DNA of 64,000 bases. Source: Haliotis cracherodii (lineage: Eukaryota). The stretch covers positions 36,084,001 through 36,148,000 of the forward strand of contig NW_027266275.1 in NCBI RefSeq assembly GCF_022045235.1, written 5' to 3'. The notes beneath the pieces are model-generated. The model was not told the DNA's origin and made no database searches. It was given only the letters and a program-made list of their open reading frames with translations. Positions within the stretch are counted from its first letter, which is position 1. Each line of letters begins with the position of its first letter. This document shows, one piece after another, positions 18,586 to 31,488 of this stretch. A program made the position numbers and the translations under genes.

Positions 18586-21500
18586 TTGGGTTCTGCTCAC
18601 ATTTGGGACTGCCTTCAAATCATACAAGATGAAAACACCTCAGAAAAATGGAACAAATTTGAGGATTTTATAAATTTCCTGAAACAGCACCAGACTTCAG
18701 AAGATGATGTGAAAGATATCCGAAGAGACAATATATTGCGATCATTGAAGAAACATAGAAATTGTGTTCGTGTGATTGAAAAGAATACTTGCAAGAAAGG
18801 AAACGTGCTGTCTGTAAATGAGACTCAGTTAAATTTCAAAGCATTTTTAAGATACTGTTTTGATCATTGTGACCGTATCAAAGTATGTGGCAAAGTTGTC
18901 AATGCAGTTCAATCATGGGCTCTGTCAGAAGGAAGTTCAAGCGCTGATGCTCTCTTTGAATTTTACACTGTTGTGAGCAGGTCGGTCTTTAGATATGATA
19001 CAATTGATAAACTCTTGTGTGACAAAATACATTGTGTTGAAATTCCTTGTTTGTAAAAATCATACGAAAAGAACTTTGAAAAGGAAGAATGGGAAAATAT
19101 TAAAATATTTGAAGTTCACTTCTGGAATAGCATCAAAGATGAGTCACCAGTTCATTCTTCTGGCTACAGTAGTGATCTTTCAATCACAAAGCGTCAGGAA
19201 CTGTTTAGTCAGTGTAAATGAATTTATACATTGAAAGAAACCCTACTCTACTCAAGTAAAGACGCAATTAAAACCAACTCTAATAGAAAACTGGCAGCAG
19301 ACAACATTGAGGGAGTTGTGTTAGAAGCAAAGACAAAGCACCTCCCGTCATTGCTTGATGAAACAATCACAGATCTACTGGAAGACAACTTTCCAGGTAC
19401 ATTCTATCAAGCTGTTTGTCTAGACTGTGAGCAGATCTGCAAGGCAAAGCATTCCCCTGGCATTCACGTCTACTTGGAAGTGACGGAAGATGCTGGTGAA
19501 ATAAATATTGACGACACTTTTACTTTGATTAAAAGTGAACTTGCTTGTCATCACAAAGAAAGGTGTGCAGAGGTTGTGATTTTCGAAAGCAAGACCTTCA
19601 AAAGTTACAGCATGGGTAACAGAGTCACCAAAAGGTTCCATCTCCGCGATGACGTCAGTCAAGGTAATCTATCCCGAAGGACATCCACATTCAAATCAGA
19701 AGACTTCTTTGAAGAAAGTGAAGAGGATCTGAGGGATAGCATTTGTCCGACATGCGCGCCAGTGCTTACACACACTGATCCGTTGGACTTACATTCATTT
19801 GATATCTTCACAGAATGGAAATTTTTAGTACCCCTACCTTTCCAAATTGTTCTTGAAACATTCATTAATTTCCAAAGTGTAAGAAAGTCTCAGAGGCCTG
19901 ACAAATTTGTAAAGGAAAGGATAGAGAAGCTGTACCTCCTTTATGATGCCATGTTGAACATCAACAACAAGAACTATGCTGGCATTAATCAAGAAATTAA
20001 CACCGATGAGCTTTCAGCGTCTTACCACAGCATCACAAATGTGTTTTCTGTAACATCACATGGTGGGCTTACTGGCAGTCTGAAGAATGCAACTGAAAGA
20101 CTACAGAGACAGGCAGACCCTGACAAGTGCTATTATAACACTTTCATAAAAAAATATGACCTTGACTATGAAGCACAAGATGGCCACAAGCACCAGGTTT
20201 CCCTTCAAGATTGCCACCTTATTTTCTGTTTGGACAATCTTGTTCGGTTGTCCTTTCACAGGGATCCAGACAGAGGAGATTCTAGGTCCTCACAAATATG
20301 CACTTTGCCAATAACCTTGATGGGAATACCAAGGAATACTGCAGTTCTCCAAGAATGGCATGATGACAACATATGTGATGGCACATCCACATGTCAATGC
20401 AGAGAAGCAGTCAAGATGAACAAAGAGGATTTAAAACAGTTGCAGAAGAATCCCAAAGGGCCGACTTTCAAATGAAGCTTACTTGGAATTTACATTACCT
20501 GTGGTCTGAGATCGACCAAACAGTAGCCGCATCACATTTGACAAGTGCAATACATAATATATTCAATGGGCATGAAGCTGCTGGAGGACAGGAAGACACA
20601 ATGGAAAATGTTGTATCTGAAGAATGGCATGACTCATACAACAACGAACTGGACACAGTGCTAAGACAACTTGACAAAGAAGAAGGTCTGATGGACATGT
20701 CTCTTTCTGACATTATGTCAGATACTGAGTTTGACGGTAGTTGTGAAAGCTTGATGCCAGATTCAGACTCAGAATACAATCAGAATGAGATGACAGATGT
20801 TGATCTTGAGCTTGCACAGATGAATGACAGTTTAAGTGTTTTGAATTTAGGATGCTCGCCCCTACCTAACAATCAAGGAGACATGTCATCTGTGGACCTG
20901 GAGGCCAATGTCACTGTCATTGAAGATCTCATCTCCACACTGGGATACACAATTTACAAACCCCCCTCTGTCTTGGTAAGGCATCCACCTCCAGCAATTG
21001 GCAGAGATGATGACATTCATAAAATGCGTGACATTTTGAATGACATACTGGTCAAATCAGCAGCAAACCCTGATACATGTCGCATTTTGTTTGCTCCTGA
21101 CAACAAAATAGGAAAGTGCCTTTTCAAGCTGATGGATGAAGACATGCAATTTAGGAAATATCTACCAGAATTTCCACTACTACATCTGCGGAAGTCAAGG
21201 ATTGTGAACCTTTGCAGTGCATACAAAGATGCTGGCCTCTTTCATATCCTGAGCTACATGCACGACACGACTGAAGACTGGAAGAAACTCGTCAGCACAG
21301 AAAACATTGAAGCAGCAACCCACAACGTCCGAAGAGTTTCCTATGCGCTTCACGTAGCCTTCATGATAAAATTCCTTTCAACAAAAGCCCCAAATGATGC
21401 AAAGATTATATTTAACTCTTTGAAGAAGAAAGCTCTGACGATTGAAGCCAGATGGATGGAAGATTATTCCGTTTTCATGAAGGAAGGAAGTAAAACAAAT

Positions 21501-23991
21501 GCCACATTTTCTTTGCATGCAGAAATGCTGAGTCACTGTGATGAAATTCTTGCCCTGGCAGTTGCAGAGAGGATTGGAGGTCCAGACGGTTATAATCATA
21601 TGCTTTCAGCTGTTAAGACACCACTGCCATTTTCTTTCCTAAATGGAGCAAGTTCATATGAAGCCTTTTGTTGTCGACTGCTCTATGAGCACTACAGTTC
21701 GGGTCCATTTCATCAACATATGAAGCAATCTTTCTTCAGCAAGTGAAGGTAATTTTGCCTTAGATACCCAACGAGAAATGGAACATAAAGATGCACTCAA
21801 GGGTTTCAGGCCAAGATCTACTGTTACATCTGTTCTTCCGCGGATGTCACTGATAGGTTCTTGGATATTGAATCTTTCAGGGAAGAAAACAACACAAGCC
21901 AAACAAAGGAAAATGTCAACAGTAAAACATGGCAAGACCTTAATCACATCTATCCCACTGCTGTCCTTATACTTAGACAAGGAGGACTTGACATGAAGGC
22001 AGAGACCATTCCAAGAAATGTCTATGCACCTAAGCCAACACCACTGCCAGAAGTTGCACTGGACAGGAACACCTATGAAGTTGGAAGTTATCTGATTGAC
22101 AAATTTGTATTTGAGAGCAATTTCCATGAGTCTCAAGAAGATGAAAAACCTTCAATTGACTCAAACTCAAAGGCTAAAGAACTTGTGAAGAAAGTTCAAA
22201 CAATGAAGGGCGTGACAGTAAGAAGAATGAACTGCAAAAGTCAGGTACCCACTGAGGAAAAACAAGTTAAAGAAATAAAAAGGAAGAGAAAAGTAAAGTC
22301 CCTCCTGGGTATTGCAGAAAGCTTGTCATCAGAAATGAAATGTTGTCAGGCAGTTGTCAAACCCGACTGTTCAAAGTCAGCAGTGCAAAAGTCAACTGGC
22401 ATGAAAAAAGCGCTTGTTCATCAACTTGAGAAGCTACTGCAACAGGACCATCAGGATGGAGGCACCACCACAGAAGACATCCTAAAAGAATTACTTCAAA
22501 GTGGAATGAAAGATTTTCCAGTTGGTTTGCTGTCAAACGTATCAGCTGCTATTGTTGAATTTGCAGGACAAAAATTCAAGACAAGAGGGAGATCTGGCCA
22601 GGAATATTTGAAGATGGTAGAAGATAACATAAAGAAAATCTTGAGACACATGCCATCTACAAAACACATTGTGATATGTGAGGAAAAGTACAAGTTCACT
22701 CCTGATGACTTCAAGGCTTCAACAAGAGTGAATAGAACCAAATCGCAGATTCAGTCAATTTCCCTCCTGAAGAGGGGCGACGAAATCATCAGCAGTTCAG
22801 TTTTTGACAAAAAGGCAGTTGTCGGAACTGAAGAAGGTAAATCCCTTATAAGCTGTTTTCTGGTCAAGTCACTGGGTATTGACATAGAAATCAAACTGGA
22901 CATTGACAGTGAGTGGATCACTGATGGCTGCATCTGCGACAGAGAAAATAACTGTAACTGCTCGACAAAGTTTGCAATATCAACCCGAAATATATTTTCA
23001 AGGGAAGGCTTTGTGCAGCAAATTAAGCTTGAGAATATTCAACAAAGGAAAGGAGAGGCGGAAATGTCCCAAATGGACTGGCTGGTGCACATCTCATCCA
23101 GTCTTGAAGCTACAGATGAAGTTGTGTCAGTCGTGACATCTGGGGACATTGACGCCATTTCAATTCACCTTTTTGCTCTTACAACTCTGTGGCCTAGGAA
23201 GGATGACAATTCTTTCAGAAACAAAGTCCATGTTTTACTGCAAAAGCCAGGTGGTGTTGATGTCTATTATATCACTGGCATTATTATGGTGCTGGAGAAG
23301 AAACTTGGGCCAAATGCAGGAATGAAAGTTACCATGGGACTATGCCTTGGGGGAAATGACTACTTGCCAAAGTATTCTGGAGTTTCTCACGACAAGATCC
23401 TGAGAACATTCGTCGACAATGCCAACTTTTCCAGAATTTGTTCTGTTTTGATCAGCGAGGCAGTGGTCTTGTGTCAAAGGAAACCCACCATGAACTCATA
23501 AAGTCAATATATTGTCCAAGCACGTTGGCTTCTCAAAAGCTGACCTTTGAAGAAGTACGTCAGCTATCAATGAAACATCCTAAGAAACAAGACTTTGCTA
23601 GACCCCAAACTTGGCTTCCCCCAAAGAGTGCACTGGACCAGATTTGTCTTCTTGTAGATTATCAGGTCGAATATCTTTTTCTAGCTGGCAACAACTCAGC
23701 AATTCTCCCAAACTTCCTTCAAAAAGGCTGTCTCAGAAAGAACAAAGAAGGGATGTGCATTACTATCTTGGAGATGAAGTGAGCACAGAGAAACTGGAGG
23801 ATTTTAAATTAAATTCCAGAAGCGACACTGCTGAAACGTATCATGGACTGCAAAATACCACAAAAGAAACTGGTCAAAAGAAAGAGGACACTAGAAGATA
23901 TCACCACAAAGAGTTGCCAGGAGAAAACAGAAACCAGTTACATCAACTCCAAGGTACACGTATATGCCATTTCTCCTGTCTTCTACATTAG
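18586..23991 (+). pseudogene. Academ-type transposase with XPG/FEN1-like nuclease, multiply frameshifted
   Basis: Consecutive overlapping ORFs. Candidate catalytic motifs CLDN (20233), APDN (21099), PEFPLLH, LDTQREMEH (21760-21786). PIN/XPG-like GEAE, SGDID, LGGNDYLP..GV (23050-23390). Confidence 0.78.
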
Positions 23992-25505
23992 AAGTATTAC
24001 CAGTAAAATACTGTATGCATCATGCTTTTAATAATTCAAATAATCTGGTTTACTATTATTTTGATTCACAGTATTGTACTTATGTCTCTTATATAGCAGG
24101 TTAAGGAACTGCTTACAAACATATAAATTTTCATTGTCGCAGCCAAAATGCATTCAGTCAACACTAAATGTTTTTCCTTTTTTCCTTACTACAGGAAATA
24201 GTACCACAGATTCCTGTTCTGTTTACCAACCTGTGGAATAAACTATTCATCGTGATGTGTTTGAAGTTGGAACATGGACTGATCAAGAAAATGTGATAAT
24301 ATTCGCTGCCATACTGAAGATGTGTCAAGTATAGTGCAAGGCAAGGAGTGCGAGTATATCAAGCAGATCCAAAGGGTGCAGATATTTATTTGCTGAACAT
24401 TTGGTACATTAAATACATCCATTTTGTGTTTGGTACAGTCACGGGAATGTATGAATGTACTTGCTCTCGTACTAGTAGTGGGCAGTAAGACCATGTCTAT
24501 AGCATCTGTTGTTTTATAAAGTCGCTAACAGACCCTTTAGAGATGTTACTAATTATGACAAATCACCAAAATAATGCAAGTGTCCACCCCTAGACGTCGT
24601 CATATACCGGTAGCTGGAATATTGCCGAGTGCGGTGTTAAACAACAAACACACAAATATGCATCATGATATTAATGCGAGTAGCCCCGCCTGAACTATAA
24701 AACCTAATCGGCGAACTATTACAACAAAACTTTTGCCATCTTCACAAACTTAACTTCAACTGCTTGACATGAAATGAAAGCATGAGATTCAAATATCGTA
24801 TAGTTTTTTTTTATTCTATAAGACTGCTTTATGTTGCCGGACTTATTTAACTACGAAGGTGTGCAGCGTTTTCCTTATAATGTTAAATCTTTAAATTATC
24901 TGACAGGTTACCAAGAACGAAGACGACGTCACAAACGGTTGGCAACTGTCATAAACGGGTGATCAACCTGTGTAAACAAACTGACCATACCTGAAGCACT
25001 GTCCACGTCTAGCACTCAAGGCCATGTGCAGTGAATTTGACATGACATGACAATGTAATCCAATTTGTCCAGATAAAATGGGTCACTTGCATCTTGGTAT
25101 TATTTTCATACTCACATACTCACATTAATTTCATGATTTACAGTATGTCATTTGCTGGATCCACTTTGTATGTATTGTTTCTGCTACATGTAAAAACTTG
25201 ATTTATCAATTATGAAAATTTGTTTGAATACTTCATTAATGTTTACTGTGTTACTTTGATATTTTCATGCATAAATGACTTAATAAAAATTTCATGGTAA
25301 ATGAGTTATATTTTGTAATGTGTCTTCTCTGCTTTGGAAAGCATTAATCAGGCCACTATGTTATGCACTATTAATGTATATTTAAATGGTTTAGCTACAA
25401 GTTGACCAATATTTATTCTTTTAATCTGCAGAAAATTTAATGGTGTTTCAAAAGTAGTTTAAAAACATTAAATATCAATATTTTAATAGCAGACAATTGT
25501 TTCTT

Positions 25506-25513
25506 CACACACA

Positions 25514-25572
<59 letters not shown>
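25506..25572. repeat. (CA)n microsatellite
   Basis: Direct observation. Confidence 0.97.
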
Positions 25573-25575
<3 letters not shown>

Positions 25576-26638
25576 GTCTGCTACAGATGAGCTTGTGGTC
25601 ATTAATCAGTTGTGACAAGACGACCCCTGCTGATAGGGCTGATAGCAGGGAGTTTTGGGGGGATTGGAATGCAGTTTGCGGTTCCTCACTTTGAGGATTT
25701 CTGAGACCCTTATTCCACTAACTGAATATGAAGCCGGGCGTTGTCATGTTGAAAGGTAATGCCTGGGCCATGACGACGCTAAAACTGTAGAACAACAGGG
25801 CCGATGATCTTGTCACGGTAGCGCTGTCCATTGAGATTTCCCTCTACCACTATCGAACGGGTCCTCTGTCTTGCTGTAATCCCACCCCATACCATAACGC
25901 TGCCGCCCCCGAACTTATCTTCTTCCATGACACAATGATTGACGTCACGTTCACCTCGACGTCGGTACACTCGAATCCGTCCATCGCTGTGGCTGAGGTG
26001 AAAACGAGACTCGTCAGTGAATAGAACTTGTCCCCACTGCATGGCCGTCCAGCGTAGACGCTGTCTGCACCACTGTAGACGTGCTTGACGGTGGTTTCCT
26101 GTCAAAATGGGACGTCTGGCGGGTCTTCTGGCGACAATCCCTGCACATCTGAGGCGACGACGTACGGTTTGTATAGATATTCGTCGAAGGCCAGGGATGC
26201 TTCTTGCAGTCACTATTGCTGGCTGGAATCGATTTCGTAGGTGTTGTTCGAATCCAGTTGTCTTGTCGGTTATTGGTTACGCGTAGCCTGCCACTCCGAG
26301 TATGGTTTCTGACTGCATTCGACTGTTGCCAACGTTGCCATAAACACCAAATGGTGTTTCTGTGGACGTTTAATTGTCTTGTGGTTGTTATCAGCACGAT
26401 GCGAAACAATGCATATGGAATCCCGTTAAAGCACATGTTTTCATACTCATTCTTGGATAGTGAAATGCATGGGGCTTGCATAAAAGTCAACTTTTGCATG
26501 GAATGCATGCTTTTCTGTAGCAGTTGCGTTTTTGTGACTTGATTCCATACATGTACTACAATATTGAAAACCAAACTTTACTTGTTTGAAAAATACACTA
26601 AAATATTGGTGTCACAGGATATTTTGTTGTTGAGTATA

Positions 26639-26960
26639 TGTAACAGATCCCCTGCAACTGTGGCCACCAATACATTGGAGAAATCCCAAGACCTCTCAAC
26701 ACCAGACTCTAAGAACACCAGACCTCTGTCAACAAACTTGACCTAAAATCCGTTAGCAACTATCAGCGTCAAATATCTGTTTTTTTTCCCTTGTTAAGTT
26801 TCAACCTTTGTTATCTTATTACTTTTGTTGTTCTTACAGGTACATTTATTTGTTCTCTGCCTCATAGCATTCATTCACCCAATGAAGGAGTAAGTATATA
26901 TTCCGAAACGTTGTGTTCCTCATGATAAAGAAGTTGATATCCATAAATTCTTTTCCTTAA
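26639..26960 (+). mobile_element. Penelope-like element 3' end: GIY-YIG endonuclease fragment and pseudo-LTR tail
   Basis: Joined across the Tc1 it reads RGCM*QIPCNCGHQYIGE..RPLNTRL*EH, followed by a T-rich tail with a hammerhead motif. Confidence 0.85.
26876..26915 (+). ncRNA. Minimal type I hammerhead ribozyme motif, degenerate (CCAAUGA core)
   Basis: cac-CCAATGA-a-ggagta..tattcc-GAAA-cg-tt-gtg in the PLE tail. Confidence 0.55.
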
Positions 26961-27777
26961 ATGTTTAATTGTTTTCTATTTTCACAGCTCAACGAAAATA
27001 GTACAACTGGAGTGAACATCGTCAAAAAATACATCTCACAAATGTCACTCAAATGCCAGACCTATTTAATAGGATTGGCATTTATTTGATCTGAGGTTTC
27101 TGCAAATAAATATGAATCAGAATGTCTTGAATGTTCTTGAAATAAAACAAACGATCGAATCACGCATTGGTGTTTTAATAGTGGTAACTGACCCATACGT
27201 TTTGTCTCCCCTTTGGTTTTCGTTTGTGTTTATATGAAGTATGAAATGGAAAATATACGCACGGATAGATGGAATCACTGTAAAGTTACCAGATTGGCTC
27301 ATTCCAAGTGACCCAGGGTATAGGTTGAACAGGCTGTGTTGGTGGGAGTCAAGCTTATTGTGGTAAAAAGTCCTCATCGCTGAGAGAATCCCCAAACGAA
27401 GTAGTGAGGAGGTTTTCAAAGGTGATAGAACTTTATGTCTGCTTTAACGACAAAGGCTGCACAATCCCGAACTTCACAAATAACACAGAGGCCAGTCTGT
27501 GCGATCGCAAATGTCGCAGGTTTTCGTGCCATGTACTTTCTCAAACATCAACACATCGCTTTATGTTGGCACTACAGTGGATGCGAATCCTATATCGCAG
27601 CACAGAAATAAAAGTAGCAAAGAGTTGCTTCCATTCCAAGTTTCAACAGTACACTTTATGTCATGAATATATATGGCCATGGTTTTCAAACCATTGTTGA
27701 AGCTTGAAACCTTTTTTTTCAAAAATAATTATGGAAGCTCTGAGCCACCGTCTCAAGGGAGGTCTTATCTCCCACAG

Positions 27778-27945
27778 AATACACAACATGAGGTGTCCGA
27801 AAAAAGGAGGTGGTTCAGGTGTATCAAGGAGGTCAATTATGATCATTCTGCCCTTCACGTCAATGTCTTTGGTGTAGTGTTCTTGCACTATTCGCCAGTA
27901 GACCTGATACAAGGTCTTGTTTACAAGCTGGTTGATGATGGTCAT
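27778..27945 (-). pseudogene. Ras-like GTPase fragment (switch I to G3), copy 1
   Basis: TIINQLV...Y..IVQEHYTKDIDVKGRMIIIDLLDTP aligns without gaps to AIINQLI...Y..TIQERFITDIDVNGRHVVLDIFDTP of the intact gene. No P-loop. Confidence 0.75.
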
Positions 27946-28089
27946 AGACGATACATACTGACGTCAACGTTGTGTGGAAACAACACCACCATCCCTGTCT
28001 GACAAGGATGGCCACTCCCTGTCTGTCGTCATACACTGATCAACACCATCAACAAAAATAGTATCCTAAAATCATAATATACATACATA

Positions 28090-29329
28090 TACTTTTCAAA
28101 AAAGAAACTTGTCATAGATGTAAAACCACTTTTGACCAAATATCTAAAATAATTACGTTAAATGAGAACCAAATAAGTCAAACAGAAAGAGGACGTGTCT
28201 ATAATTCGCGAAAACACATGCAAAGCACATAAACGTAGCGTTTGGGGATCAATTTTACAGCTTCATCCAAACGCAACCGCCTGTAAAAAACGTGCAGCAC
28301 AGGATCCTGCATTTAGGCATGCAGGCCCCCCTGCTGAATGGGTATAAAAATCCACATCAACGGCTGTTCATACAGTCCTTATAACGGCAGTAGAGGCGGT
28401 GACAGAATGCCAAGACTGAATGTAGCTCAACGGAACAACGCCATTGGGAGATTACAAGCTGGATCAACACAGCAAGAAGTGGCCAGGCACTTAGGCGTAT
28501 CGAGACAGACAATCTCCGCACTGTGGACCCGATACAACAACACCAACCGCGTCGACGACAGACCAAGGTCAGGAAGACCAAGGGTGACAACCCAAGCACA
28601 TCGATACATCCGGCTGCGACACCTCCGAGGCCGCACTACCACAGCAACGTCTACAACCACACAGATCCCTGGGGTACGCAGAATATCAGATCAAACGGTA
28701 CGCAACAGACTGAGGGAGGCTGGACATTATGCACGAAGACCTATTCGACGTCATGTATTGACCCCACGTCATCTGGCGGACTGTCTGCTTTGGTGCCAAC
28801 AGAGGGTTAGATGGGCACGTGCAAGGTGGAGAAATGTCCCGTTTCCTACTCACACGTGCTGATGGGCGCGCACATGTCTACAGACGTCGGGGTGAACGTT
28901 ACGCCCCCAACTGTGTGCAGCAGGTTGTCCCATTTGGCGGCGGGGTGTCATGGTATGGGCCGGAATTCATCACGGTGGTAGGACGCCTCTCGTGCATGTA
29001 GCAGGTGCATTGACAGGTGTGCGTGTGACTTGATCCTACAGCCTTACGTTCTTCCTCACGGCAACGTTCATGACTTGATTGCATCTATGGGTCGCCGGCG
29101 TCAAGTGGTGATTGATGCACGTGTTGGCACAACCGATACTGACATTTTCTGTACCCATGTGACATTAACTGTATCGTGTGTCTGTCTAGGTGACACGATT
29201 AATGTTTTGAACATTGTGTACATTGATCTTCAAACAGTGTTTCAATCATGGTTTCTGTGTCCTACTTTGACACAATCGCATTATGTTACATTTTGAAAGT
29301 CAGTGTCAAGCTTCTTTTTTTGAAGAGTA
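28090..29329 (+). mobile_element. Tc1-like transposon, internally deleted
   Basis: TA flanks, TIRs tact(t/c)ttcaaaaaagaa.cttg. Transposase MPRLNVAQRNNAIGRLQAG...RPRSGRPRVT from 28407, with the catalytic region deleted or frameshifted. Confidence 0.9.
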
Positions 29330-31320
29330 TATATGCACATAATTACACCCACCCCCCACCCCCCATTTATCCTTCCAACTAGCCATACACTCAACTATAT
29401 ATGCACTCATTTACATACATATATAATACATTTCATTTAAATGTTAATCTAAAACAGAAGTTCACAAGACACAAAACGCTATGTACTAACTGAGAAGGAT
29501 TATTCTCTTGAACATTTGTTGTAGTGTTGAAGCAAGAGTATATAGTATGCAGTTTGGTTTGAATAACCAGCACAGATGGTCTATACTGTAGTATTCATGT
29601 AATGAAAGTCACTATTCAGTTTTGCAAGATTTGGCGATGAGATTTGTTCGCAGCACATTATTAAATGGACACTGTCAGGGAATTAACTCTCAACTTTAAC
29701 CCCGCTACTATTACAGAGAGCACACAGCCTTTGTTCAATAGGTGTCTTAGGTTTGGCAGGACATCCAATTACAGGTGATCACGTCAGAACAACCTTTCGC
29801 GAACTATGACCGACCAATGAAATAACTAACAGGAAGTTAACGTTAGCCACTTAGAAGCAGCTTTCCCAGCTTTGCGGTACTAGTTTCAAACTTGCGACTT
29901 CCATTCCAGACTAAGTATTTCGAATAAGTCATACAGTCCGTAACAGTTGTTTTGTGTTGAGCTTTAGAAGTTGCATGATTAGAAAACATATTCCGTTAAC
30001 AATGTAACATAACAATATGAATATTTCATTCATATTTTTTATCACGTGTTTGTATCGTTATCTATCGTGTAGTTGTCCGATTTTCGACCACGAACGTTCA
30101 TGTAACCGAGGTTGTGATGGCAACAAGAAGGTACAACACAGGCTACGGGTGTGAGTCTTTATTGCCTTAGTACTATTATGACACCCTGTAATGTACAAAA
30201 CAATAAGATTATAAAAACAGTAGTACACAGGTTCCATACACACATATATAAATACAATACACAGCACCTTTCATTTAATATAAACAAAGTCCTTTAATGA
30301 TTACATGAACTAATAATCAATGATATATAAAATCATTATCTTAACCCTGAAGTAAACAAACGATTTATCAGGGGCGATAACTCGATCCCGACATGGTCCA
30401 TGGTTCTAAAATACAATGAACATTACAAATACAATTACCACTTTGTTGTAACTACTATATTAATTCATTAACTGATCATACATTTAGTATGATACATTAT
30501 TTACAAAATATATTTCATGACACGACAAACATGTAAAGTATCCGTACCCTGTGGGTGACACTGGGGTGTTTGTCCTCTCAAGACAGCCGCCTTCCTTGGA
30601 CGTTAAGTAGCAATAAGCACACTCCTAATTACAGAATCAACTCTGAATAAGTGAAAGATAAAGAATACAATTGAAGAATTGAAGGAAAAATAACTGACTA
30701 CACACTATCATACAATGATTGACATTGCATATAAATATCGTATTTACACAATTATAAGAATCAACGCATTCACATCGAATTATTTATCCCAGATCTGTCC
30801 AAGTCCAAATGGTTGACGGACTTCTGAATTGGTGTAGTGTCAAGTGCAAGATGGATGAAAAGTGCACAGTTTGAACAAGCCAATGAAAACAAGGCTTGGG
30901 TTAGAACAAAGAGAAGAAACAATGACACAAACATGGACCAACCCAACCACCCTCTACATTATAAATAAACTAATCCAGAAGCCCATTATAGATATTGAAT
31001 TAAGAACCTACTTTCCTAACAACTTAAAAATAATATTACAAACCTAAAGGACCTCAAATAGATAAAACATATGTACAACAAAACTGTATGTTAACACTTG
31101 TGTCTGCCACATTGATACTACTTAATTTCGTTTATCCGACATACTCCTTAATCCGACATAATCATATGCAACCAACAATGTCGGATTAACGGGACTTGAC
31201 TGTATATGTATATTATGAATTTAGGATACTATTTTTGTTGATGGTGGTGGTCAGTGTGTGCCGTCAGGCAGGGATGGTGGTGTTGCTTCCACACAACGTT
31301 GACGTCAGTATGTATCGTCT

Positions 31321-31488
31321 ATGACCATCATCAACCAGCTTGTAAACAAGACCTTGTATCAGGTCTACTGGCGAATAGTGCAAGAACACTACACCAAAGA
31401 CATTGACCTGAAGGACAGAATATTCATAATTGACCTCCTTGATACACCTGAACCACCTCCTTTTTTCGGACACCTCATGTTGTGTATT
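31321..31488 (+). pseudogene. Ras-like GTPase fragment, copy 2 (inverted duplicate)
   Basis: Same peptide as 27778-27945, within an inverted copy of about 27590-28086 at about 31203-31675. Confidence 0.75.

Larger units (their letters stand above)
17066..25724 (+). mobile_element. Academ-like DNA transposon, 8659 bp
   Basis: 4-bp TSD AATA at 17062-17065 and 25725-25728. 16-bp TIRs CA(C/G)TTAGTGG(C/A)ATAAG with YR termini. Subterminal inverted motif cccaaactc.ccctg..tcagc. Removing it restores the Tc1 reading frame. Confidence 0.85.
16590..26636 (-). mobile_element. Tc1-like DNA transposon split by an 8.66-kb insertion
   Basis: TA TSDs at 16588-89 and 26637-38. 26-bp TIRs ta(tt/ct)..aacaacaaaa..tcctgtgac. 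Transposase N-terminal half at 25729-26370 (FTDESRF, GGGSVMVWGGI, FQHDNAR) continues in frame as IARLVQ...WPARSPDLSPIEH at 17064-16787. Confidence 0.93.
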
